DNA of 48,520 nt from assembly GCA_018398765.1 (NCBI GenBank), contig JAHBMJ010000406.1, forward strand, positions 1 through 48,520, written 5' to 3'. The stretch comes from Chromera velia. Taxonomy: Eukaryota. The position numbers were made by a program, and so were the translations under genes. The notes beneath the pieces are model-generated. The model saw only the letters and a list, made by a program, of their open reading frames with translations, did not search any database and was not told the origin of the DNA. Of this stretch, positions 11,591 through 22,300 are shown piece after piece. Positions within the stretch are counted from its first letter, which is position 1; each line of letters begins with the position of its first letter.

Positions 11591-12957
11591 AAAAGGCCAC
11601 GCTTTCAAACAAGCAGCAGAAAAGTCATACAAGGGAGACGTCTCGTCTCGTTTTCGAGCGCTGAGTGTGTTCCCTGTCTGCCTTTTTTCTGCTTGCCGTC
11701 TTGAGCAACGGTTCTAATTGTGACGGGCAGGTAGTAAGTGAATCCACATGTGAGAGGGGGGCGAGGTGCGCCTCTTTAATTCCTCTGTCCATCCATCGTG
11801 CATCCCCCTCGGATCTTCCCATTCTCTCGGTTGGGAGGCGGGGGGGAGGCCTGATAGGTAGGGATTGGGGGGGAGGTGGTGGAGGCGCCCCCTGTTGGGG
11901 GATTGGGGGGTGGGGTGGATGGTCGGTGGTGGATCTTTCAATTCGCTCTAGCTGTGGTCCTTCTTCTTCTCTTTCTGGCTGTGCACTTTTCTTCTAGACG
12001 GGAGGGACTGCGTGTGTGAGTGCGGAGGAGGAGGAAAGGGTCTAGAATGAAAGGAGAGTGACTGACTTCCGTCTGCCTCCCTGCCAGTCTCTCATTACAG
12101 TTCTTTTCTTTCTCTTTCTCTCTCCCTTCTCTCAAGTGTGCTGTCTGTCTTGCGGTTCTGGACTTGCAAGCAGCTGGCGCAATGTCTGCATAGAGATGAC
12201 AAAGCCTACAGAGGACCGATTTCAGCTCCTTCGAAGGTCGCTCCTGAGGGGGGCACACGACTGCCGAATGGCAGGCCATCAGCTGTCTCCGTGTCTTCTG
12301 TAAGCTGCAGGAGGGGATTTCTTCATCAACATCTCGATGGTCGTTCGTTCATTCTGTCTTCCTGCCATACCGCTCTGCTCGTCAGGAGCAGAGAGAACTC
12401 TTTTTGTGAGTGTGTGTGAGCGTCTTCTCTCAGCCTCTTACTGCGTGGCTGAGAAGAACGACTCCCCGAGAATGAAAATTCTCAGAAGAAGAGGAAGAAG
12501 AAGAGGAGGATGACGAAGAAAACGACGAAGAAGGAAGGAAGAGGTATCCGATCTGGGCTGAGGTCTCCCTCACTCACTGACTGGCTGTCTTTTATCTTTC
12601 TTTCTTGTTTGTTTGACCTCTGTGAGAATGTGAAACTCGGAACCATTCCCTTTCTTTTTCTCTCTCGGTGTCTTTTTTTTGCCTCTTGCCGGACAGAAAG
12701 AAAGAAAGAGAGAGAAGAGATTGGAAGGAATATGGATGCCTTGAGACTCCGGTGTGCTCTGTTGGGGGATTTACTTTCCCCGACTGTAAGACCCGAGGAG
12801 TCCTCCACTGATTCTCTGAAGGCGGCTTTCTTTCAAGCGTATGATGAAAGTTTTTCTTCTTTTGAGTCTTCAGTGTAGTCATGGAAGAAGCTACAGCCCC
12901 TGCCGGGGTTTCTGTTGTTGCCGTGCCACTGGCACTTCTGCCGAGAAAGAGACCGTG

Positions 12958-15290
12958 AAGGGATTACCTGGAGCACTCCGGTTGGTGTCGGGGGGGGGGG
13001 TCCTTTGCAACCTTCCTAGGAACCTTTGATTCTCCTACCGCATGACCTGACCGGGTACAAATCTCTGTGGGCTGCTGGTCGACTCTGTGCGCGTGGTCGA
13101 CCCTACTGGGCCAACGGACACGTCATGGAGAGTGACCGACAGCGTAAAAAGAACATACATTCTGTTTGTCTTGCAAAGCAAAGCAAAGCAAGCAGAAACC
13201 TCAAGGGCATTGATGACGTCGTGTGGTCATGTCTCGTGATGATCGACGTCCCGTCGACCTCTCTGGGCATGGATTCGCTGGGCTTTTGTCCGTGAATTCA
13301 TTACCGGAGCTGCCCGCCGCCGTCCATTCCGCATTTGTGCCCCTTTGGGTCTCTTTTCTTCTCTCTCTTTCTTCTTTTCCCCCGCTCTTCAACCGCCGTC
13401 TGTCTTGAAACTTTGACGGTCGTTTTCGTTCTTGTCTACCTGCTTGTCTTTCGGTCTGGGCGCGTTTTCCTGCGCCAACTCAATCTTTTCTTTCATTGTT
13501 TTGCCATTTGCATGCCTCCACCCTGAACCCTCCCTCCTTTTTCCCCCCTCGCCTAAAAAAAGAGAAAGAGCATGAAGGGATGACCTGGAGCACTCTGGTT
13601 GGCGTCAGTGAGAGGTGCTTGCCTCATCTCAGCGCCTTTGAAACTCTCTCTGAATGACCGGGTGCGTGCTTTCCCTTTTTGAGCTGCTGGTCAGTCGTGT
13701 CGCCTCTACAGGACAGCGATACGGTCAGTGCTCTTACTGAAGTGACCGCTAGCGGGAAGCGGCCGTCCGGCCTCCTTATGAAGTGAGTGGGCAGACTCTC
13801 TGGCCGGATACGTGAACAGCCGCCTTTTGTCGCGGTTTGAAAGCCTGTGTGTCTCTCGCCTGACTTCTTCCCTCCCTCTCTGCGCATCCCTCGTTTCTTC
13901 TTTGCTGTAGACGTGTCTTGATTCGCAATTGAAAAAAGGGACGTCAGTGAGGCGAAAAAGAAGGGGTTGTGTTTGGAGGGAACGAGCTTGGCTCACTTCC
14001 GTCTTTCTTTTTCCCTTCTCTCTCAGCCGAAAGTTCCCCCTTATTTCTCTTAGTCAGTCTCGTGCCGTCTCGTCCGTCTTCCTTCTTTCGTGTCCTGTCT
14101 GTCTTTCAGTCCAGAGCTTGCACCCTGTCAGTGCAATCAGTGCATGAACGTGTGAGAGCCTGCAATGGAGCGGCAAGAGCTCCGCAGGTGATGCTGAGAG
14201 GGTTGCGTGGTTGTCCTGCCGCGCGTCCTTCTGAGCAGCTGGCGCTTCCGAGCGTGGGGCGTCTGGGTTCTTCGCTGTCTCTGACCAGCTTCTTTCCCTT
14301 CTATCGGTTTCCTTCTGTCCTGGAAGGAAAGAAGGAAGAAGTGTGCTTGCTCGTCTGACTTGTGAATTGAGCAGACGGGAAGAAAGGAAGAAAGAAAGAA
14401 AGAAAGAAAGAAACGAAGGAAGGAAGGAAGGAAGGAAGAGAAAGAATCAAAACAGTTGAAATTCCTAGCTGAGACTTTGCTCTGCTTTGGAGTCATCTTT
14501 CTTGTCATCTGTATCTGTATATGTATGTATCTGTGTCTGAAATGGAAAAGAGGAATAAAAAGAGAAAAAGATGTCACATAGTCTGTCTGTCTCTGGGAAG
14601 TCTGCGTTCCTCGTATTGAGTCGCGTTGGGGGGGGATGAGGCGATTATCTTTGGGGACTTTTTCTTCTATCCGTCTCTCTGTCTCTCTCTCCTCTCCTCT
14701 GTTGTGGTCTGTCTGTCTGCTTGCCTGTCTGGATCCTTTTTTTTCTTTGAATTCCTCTGCCCACTGATTCACTCTCTTGATTTTCTCTTTCTCTGTTCTT
14801 GGTTTCCTTCCCAATTCTGTACCCTTCTTTTGGCCCCCTCGATCTTCTCGAAGAAGAGACCCTGGAGGGATGACCTGGAGCACTCTGGTTGGTCTCGGTG
14901 GGAGGTTCCTTTGCAACCTTCCTAGGAACCTTTGATTCTCCTACCGCATGACCTGACCGGGTGCAAATCTCTGTGAGCGGCTGGTCGACTCTGGGCGTGT
15001 TCGACCCTACTGGGCCAACGGACACGTCATGGAGAGTGACCGACAGCATAGAAAGAACAGAACATCCGTCCACGCCTTTCTGTTTGTCTTGCAAAGCAAA
15101 GCAAAGCAAGCAGAAACCTCAAGGGCATTGATGACGTCGTGTGGTCATGTCTCGTGATGATCGACGTCCCGCCGACCTCTCTGGGCATGGATTCGCTGGG
15201 CTTTTGTCCGTGAATTCATTACCGGAGCTGCCCGCCGCCGTCCATTCCGCATTTGTGCCCCTTTGGGTCTCTTTTCTTCTCTCTCTCTCT
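12958..15290 (+). repeat. Direct repeat of ~410 bp (12958-13367 vs 14865-15290)
   Basis: Colinear copies whose last ~190 bp are almost identical; this gives the duplicate ORFs MVMSRDDRRP.. at 13223 and 15141. Confidence 0.95.
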
Positions 15291-18200
15291 TTCTGCTTCA
15301 GATCTTCCTTCCTGCATGCTACCCTATATATGGATTTGAAGAGAGGGTTCGGACTGCTTCCCTTTTGGGTTCATTCGGCCAGTGGGTTTTGGGTTGGGGG
15401 CGTGTATGGATTGATTGAGGGTGAAGTGTGGTGGTATAGGGGTTGGGTTGGGTTGGGCTTTTGGGTGTAATTGTCTTGGCACTCTGCTTATGGTCTTTCC
15501 GTTGAACTGGGTGCGAATCTCTGGCACTCTACGTCAGAACCCTCCTACTTACTGTCTTTCAACAGCAAGACATGTCTTTCTCCGAAATGCACCAACCACA
15601 CAAGTTTGGAAGAAATTTCGGGCCTTTTTCTTCCACTCCCTTCTTCCGTGACTGCGGCAGGCAGGTCGTCTGTCTGTCTGTCTGTCGAGTTCTTCCTCCT
15701 CAGATTCCGTACCCATCACCCAGAGCTTCAAGTAAGACTGGAGTGGTGCGCGATCTGGAGCACTCCGGTTGGTGTCGGTGAGAGATTTTCCTGTTCACTG
15801 GCACACAGCAGCCTAGCTGGATGCGCGAGAGCGGTGAGATCTCTGACTGGATGACTGCGTGCGTTTTTCAATTTTCTTTCGTGGTATGGGCATGCACCAG
15901 GCCCGTGTCGTCCGTGCGTGGCGGTCAATAGAGTCATTCGACTTTCTTCCCTCTCACAGAGGTAAGGGGAGGTGAAAGAGAAGTCTGGAAAGGGATCAAA
16001 TGCAATCCTTCAGCTTCTTTCGACCGGGAATCAGTGTATCTGTCATGCGTCTCCTTCTGTTTTTCCCTGCTCGTTTTTAGAGATGTTTCGAAGACACTAT
16101 AGTGGTGAAAAAGATTCGAAGACACACGCTGACTTGAGGACTCGCAAAGCACGTGTCGATCGTGCAAACGAAGACTGTGCCGCCTTCGTTTCCTTGCGTG
16201 CATATGTGTGAGAGAGGAGGGGGGGGGGGGAACTCCTATCTCTCTTCCTAGGTATGTCGGAGCAGCCTAGGGCTGGGGGCTCTCCCTCCTCAGGAATCGA
16301 AAGAGATCGTTAGGGGGCAACGCTCTTCTTCCGATCTTCTTCCTTTTCGCCATCCTTCCTTTCTTGTCTTGCTGTCTGCTTGTTCTTCTCTGGCTTGAAC
16401 GGGCTCGTTCCCTGCTTGGGGCCTGTACCTATTTGAGTCTCTCAGTGTGCCTGTGTGTGAGAGAGAGGGACGCTCAAGAATGGAAAGGGGGGGGTTTCTA
16501 GACCTGTCCCGGACTGTTTTTGAACGTTTCTTCCTCCTGCTGAATGCTCACCCAAGCAATTGAATTCAATCTCTATTGCAGATTTCTTTCTCTATTTCCT
16601 CCCTCGTTTGCCGTGAGCGAGACGGAAGGAAAGGCACGATTGAATTCGCATGCAGTGAGAGAGAACGAAAAGCCTGGGTGGGAGGTCGGTGGCGCATCCG
16701 ACTTTCGGATGCTTTTTGCTGCATTTGCTGCTGCTGCCTCATATTCCCTCTTCCCCTTTCGCTTTGGCACGGCGACTCCGTTTCGGTCCGTCCGCCTGTC
16801 GCCTTCCTTTGAGCATCGTGGCTGTGGAGGCACAGAGTGTGATTGTGTGGGGTGGATCTCGCTTCCGACCAGCCGCTCTTGTGACGCTCACAGGAAAGTT
16901 AATGGGCAGACCAGTGCAAACCTGCCACTCCCCAAAACGAATAGCCCTGTTGCGTTTCTCCTTTCTTTCCCCTTCGATCGTTCCTTCCCTGTGTGTTTGT
17001 GTGAGAGTGGTTCTCTCTCTCTCCGTTTTGCCGTCTGGCACTGGGCCTCCGGGTCGGTCCGGGACAGCAAGAAGGAATGAGGGCCTGCCTCTTTTGTTTC
17101 TGTTCCAGAAGAAAGCTTTCCTTGTGTCCTCCTTTCTATTAGCGTACCTCAGGCAGGGGAGAGGGGGGAGGAGACCTTCGTATCCTTCGTCTCCCTTCGC
17201 GAAAAAAAAGAACGCTTTCCAAAAGAACAGTCAAACGAAACCGTAGCTGATTCAGTCAGACAAACAGTCAGTCAGGCAGTCAGGCAGGCAGACAGACACA
17301 GGTCTGTATGATATACAGATGGATAGAGTGACTGTGTGGGAGCTGCAAAGAAAAGATATGCACAGCTCCAGAGTGCATGCAACCGGAGCCGGCACCCGCC
17401 TTGTGATTCTGTCGATCCTCTAGTTCGACAGGATTCGGGCACTCGGTCTCTCCCTGGTTGCTCTCTCTCTCTGCATGCCTGCGGGGAGGGTCTGGAGTTC
17501 GTGCAATGTCTGCAGCTTGTGGCTGTTGTAGGGGTCCTCTTCTCCCTGCATCTGTCGTTTTCTGCAGGACGTTCTTTCCTATTCTTTCTCCCCCTTTCAA
17601 TTCTGATTGCATGGGAGCGAGGAGAAGGAGGCCGTACATGCGCGAGGAGAAACGGACAAGGCGAGAGAGGGGGGGGGGACTCCCCTGCACAGCCGCAAAG
17701 ACAAGACAGCAGAAGGAAAAGGAAAAGGACAAGGACGAAGAAAGAAAGAGTGTATGGACATGTGACGGGGGTGTTTCTTTCAATCTGATGGCTCACCAAT
17801 ATGTGGCCTGAATGAGCGAACCCTCCCGCGGTGGGGCATGCTGACGGTCTCTCCGGAGAAACTTGGGGGCTGTTTTGGGTGCTCCGCTGTTTTTGAAGCG
17901 AATGAATGAACGAACGAATGAATGAATCCAAGGGGCGGGTCGACACAGGGAGAACCGTAAAGTTCTGTCCGTGTTTCCGACTTTGGTTCTTAATTCCATG
18001 TGTGTGGGAGTGGCTGGACCAATTCTGTTCTTTCTGTCTGTTTCTCTGTCGGTCTTCTGATAGAGTTGAAGGAGAGAATGGAGTTGCTGTTTGGCCTCAT
18101 TGCTGCCTCGTCTCACCTTCAAGTGGGAGGGGGGGGCAACTCTAGGTTCTTCCTTGCTGTCTCTGACAAGCTTTGCGATGCTGGCTGGGCCCTTCCTTCA

Positions 18201-18491
18201 TTCTCTGATTGGGGGGGGGAGTGCAGCGGCCTGCAGTCCATCGGTTCGCCAGCACAGGTGTTTCCGGTCTCTGCGTCGCCGTGTGTGTTTGTCCGGCTGG
18301 CTGATGAGTGGATTCATTCATTCACTCATGCATTCACGGCGTGATGGGGTGAGAAAGGGTCTCACAAGCAAACAGGTGGTCTTTCCTCGCTCATTCTTCC
18401 CCTTCGTTGATTCTCTTCCTTCCCTCCAGGATCTATTTGGGCATGCTGGTTGTCTGTCTACCTACCTGGAGTTGGCAGGGGGGGAATTCTG

Positions 18492-19335
18492 GAGAATCTG
18501 TCGGTCCGTCCCTTTCCCTTTTGTTTCTTCCAACCTTGACTGACCCACTCTTGTGGTGTCCTTTCGTTCGTCCGTCTTCTTTTTCCCTGGAGCGACGAGT
18601 TGCGCCGCGGCTACTTCAGGCAGCTTACTTAGACGCTCGTTCGTATTCGTTGGCAGGGCTGCGGTGGCTTTTGGTCGCGTCTTTCTTTTTGTCCACACAA
18701 CCGGACTTGGCAGCCATTCTCCCTTTTCCTTGAGAGGCAGAGGATGAAGTTTCGTGGAAGCGATGCTTCCAGGCCCGAAATTGGCGGTGCAGGAAGCTCT
18801 TTCACACGGGAAAATACCGGAAACTGGTCCTCTCCTCGTTTCTCCTTTTTCTTTCCACTTTGTTTCCCCTCCCGTTGCCTCGTGAGGAATGAGCATCCCG
18901 TCTGTTTTGGCTCCCTTCTTTTCCTTTCCGTCACTTTTCTCGTCTGTGTGGGAGGTTGTGTGTGGAGACGAAAGGCAGAAAGGTTTCCTTCCAGATCTTT
19001 CTTTTTTGTCTCTTCTTTCGACCTGCAGGGTATTGGAAGTCTTTGCAGGACTTTTACTCCCTCTCTTAATTCACTCATTCATTCACTCATTCATTCATCC
19101 ATGGCGTAATTGATAGAAAGGCTTTACGAGCAGCACTTCTCCTCCTCTTTCTGATTCCTTCACTTCGCTGATTCCCTTCCAGAATCTGTTTGGGTGGGTC
19201 ACGTGCCCTTCCGGAGTGGGGGGGAGGGGGGTCCTTGAGAATCTGTCAGTCTGTCCCTTTCCCTTTTGTTCCAATCTTGACCCACTCTCGTGGTGTCTCT
19301 CCGCCCCGTCCTTTCTTCTTCCCTTGAGCGACGAG
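18492..19335 (+). repeat. Diverged direct repeat of ~100 bp (18492-18600 vs 19237-19335)
   Basis: Shared GAGAATCTGTC.GTC.GTCCCTTTCCCTTTTGTT..CCAA.CTTGAC..CCACTCT.GTGGTGTC...CCCT.GAGCGACGAG. Confidence 0.85.
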
Positions 19336-22300
19336 GTGGCAAGCCGCTCCGATGCTTGCATGAGAGGGCAGGGCAATCAGAAGAAAAGAAGCTGGGAAAA
19401 AGAGCAACACAACACCGCCCTGCCCTGGATGAGCATGCGTTTGCAGTAGTTGCGGCAGAACCAATTGGCACTCCCCCTCCAGTGCGTACCGGGCCTGTTG
19501 GGGAGGCTCCATCAATGGCATTCAAACAGACGATCGAACAGAGTAGCACCCCCTTTGCACTCTGATCGAGTGTGACCGAGCTCAGGTCTGGAGTCTCTCT
19601 GATCTACTTGTCGCGTTTCTCTTTTCGTCGACACAAACGGACATGGCGGCAATTCTCTCTTTCTATTTTGTTCCTCGAGAGGCAGAGAGAAAGCCTCTGG
19701 TGACTGATCTCGCGCGCGCCCAGAGCAGAGATCTCCCAGATTACGGATTGCCCTCTCCTCGTTTCTCTCCTTTCTTCCCCGGTTCTTTCCCTGCTTGTGG
19801 TCCCTTCATGAGGAGAAATTGCTGTCTTGTTCCTTTGCCTTCTTTTGCGCCAAAACTTTCTTCTCGTCTTCTGTGTGAGAGGGTGAGGGATGGGCTGGTG
19901 GGTTCTCTCGTCCACCGGCCCGTCCTCACTCAGCTGATAGATAGAAAGGGGGGGGGGGGGAAGGGAGTCCGGGCTGGATTCCTGCATCCCTCTTGTTCTT
20001 TCTTTCTTTCTCCTCTGGACTTCTCGTATTCTGTTCATTCCGTATTCGAGTCTTTGTTTGTCTGTTGGTGCATGGGCCTGCATGAGAAGGAAAGCAGCAA
20101 ATGAAGAAAGAACGAACGAACGAACGAATGGGGTTCGACGGAAGGAATGTTCTTCTCCCTGTCGCTTATACCTTGTCACTCCGTCTGTTCTCTGGACCCC
20201 TATTGCTTTGATAGAGGTGGGGTGAGAGACCTAGAGCATGTCGGTGCGTGTCAGACTGCAGAGGTCTTCGAGGCCCTTTTAGGATCCCTTAGAACTCGGG
20301 TTGTCAGACCAGCATGCGCATCTCTCTTTGGGGCTGTTGGGGGGGGCATGAAAGTGCCGAAACAGTCTTTGAGATGACTGGCAGCCTCTTCTCTTCATTC
20401 ATTCTCGTGGCAAAAGCAAGTTGATCGCTCAACGTTACGTTGTCATCTTCTGCTTTGGCCTCTCCCTTCCCTTCCCTTCCGTTGAGCGGCCTGAATTCCT
20501 TCGGGTGGAGGAGGAGCATTTCGATCCGTCAGTGCATGAAGGAAGGAAGGAAGTACCCGCAGAAAGAAAAAGAGAATTAACGAGAACGCGATCGAGAGAA
20601 AAGTGAACAACTGTGTGTCCCACCCAACCCAGGGTATCCTCTCTTTGTCCGCATCCGCAAAAGCGTTCGCCTTGTCCCCTTTCCATTTCTTTTCGATCCG
20701 ATCGTTCCTCCTCTTCGTTGCTCCTCTTCGGTCAATGATTCTTTGCTGCTTCCTTTCTATTGCTCGACTGGTTCATTCCTTTCCCTTCGCTCTTCGTCTG
20801 TCTCGCTGAACTCTTCTCCATTGCTTGCCGAAACGAGGATGGATCCTTTCTCGTGAAGTGGGCTGGGAGAGAGTTCGGAGGTAGACCGAAAGCCTCTGTG
20901 CATCTTGGTCGGTCGGTGTCACCCGAAGCATTCTGGTTGTCATCAGACAGACAAAAGCCGTAGCGCTTCTGTGAAGGAGGACTGAGCTGGAGCCTTCGAA
21001 AAAGAAACACATGACCTGATGCGAATCTCCAGAGCAGCTGGTTTAAGTCTTTGTGTTAGTCTGTCATCGTTGAAGTTCCTGCTTTGACTGTTGTGGCAGC
21101 TCTCCAAGGCAGAGGGAGCGGTTCGAGGTCCAACTTGACCGTTCCGCACATCTCTCAACCGGTCGCGTTTTTCACCTCCTGGCTTGAATGAGTAGATGAA
21201 TGATCGCTTGATCGACCCGTGACTTTCCGTAGAGATCGATCGATCTTTGTCGGTCGGTTGTCGTGGGCATGAATGAAGTCTGTCTGGCTGTCGCTTCTGC
21301 TCTTGCCTTGCCCATCCGTCGAGTAAAAGAACGAAGCAGCAAGAGTCTATCTGGGCCGTCCGACAAAGAAAAGGGCCTGACAGAGGTCTCTGCAAAAAGC
21401 ATGAAGACAGAGAAAAAAGAGAAGCGGAAAAGACAAGCAAAGAAGAGTCACCCTCCTCCCTCCCTCTCTCTCAATCCCTCCTTCTGCCCCGTTTTTTTCT
21501 CTCCCCTGGCATTGTGCCTGTGTGGGATAGGGTTTGAAACACGATCTAGAGCACTCCAGTTGATGCGTTTGAGAGGTACTGGTTCGTTGGCACTAGGCTT
21601 TGCCACCCTTGTGGTGAGCCTACCAAATGAAGAAAGACAACCGGGCATGGAGATCTACTGAAAAGTATTCATTACTAAAAAGTATTCATTCTGCAGTCTG
21701 GCCGGTTGCATGAATCAATGAGCGATTTGATGAAACCTGATGCGAGCTCGGCCTCTCTTGCTGTACAACTGGGTGCACATCTCTGGAGCTGTCGGTCAGC
21801 GAATCGTGTCTCACCAGCAGTGGGCTGATTCACCAACAGCGTTGAAGAAAGCTCTGTCGAGTCGAAATGAGCAGGAACGGGTGGGGGTGTGCGTGGTGAT
21901 TGGTCTGTCGATTGATCGGCAAGCTAGCGTGACGATGCAGAAACGAATTCAGAAAACAAAAAAGGAACTGCGATGCAAAGAAAGAGAAGAGAAGCAAGGG
22001 GCGAACAACGAGAGTCATCCATGAGCTGTTCTTTCCTTCTTTCCGTCTTTCTTGTCGCCTCTTCCCTTCCCTTCCCTTCGCTGCTGGTCAGCTAGGGTAG
22101 GGGGTGATCTGGAGCACTCCGGTTGTGAGAGCAGATATCAAGGGTGCAGTCCCCATCATTGTACCGACAGTGATTATCTTCTCAGACTAGCTGGGTGCAT
22201 TTCTCTCTCTCAAGCTGCTGGTCACGTCACCCTCTTGCAAGGGGGAACCGGCCGTCACGACGCATGCAACGTCTTAGAAGGAAAGAAGGAAGGGACTGCC

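Noticed and set aside
12958..13760. H/ACA or C/D snoRNA cluster
   Set aside because: No consistent ANANNA hinge or terminal ACA, and no paired C and D boxes across units. Conservation lies in the basal stem rather than in boxes.
12958..22130. Repeated peptide DLEHSGW in several ORFs
   Set aside because: The flanking frames are unrelated, with indels and stops; this is a translation by-product of the nucleotide motif.
10651..22205. The array motifs as tRNA genes or Pol III A/B boxes (TGGAGCACTCCGG and GGTGCGAATCC)
   Set aside because: There is no cloverleaf, the B-box TTC core is absent, and the two motifs pair with each other with pairing-preserving changes. A dual promoter role is not fully excluded.
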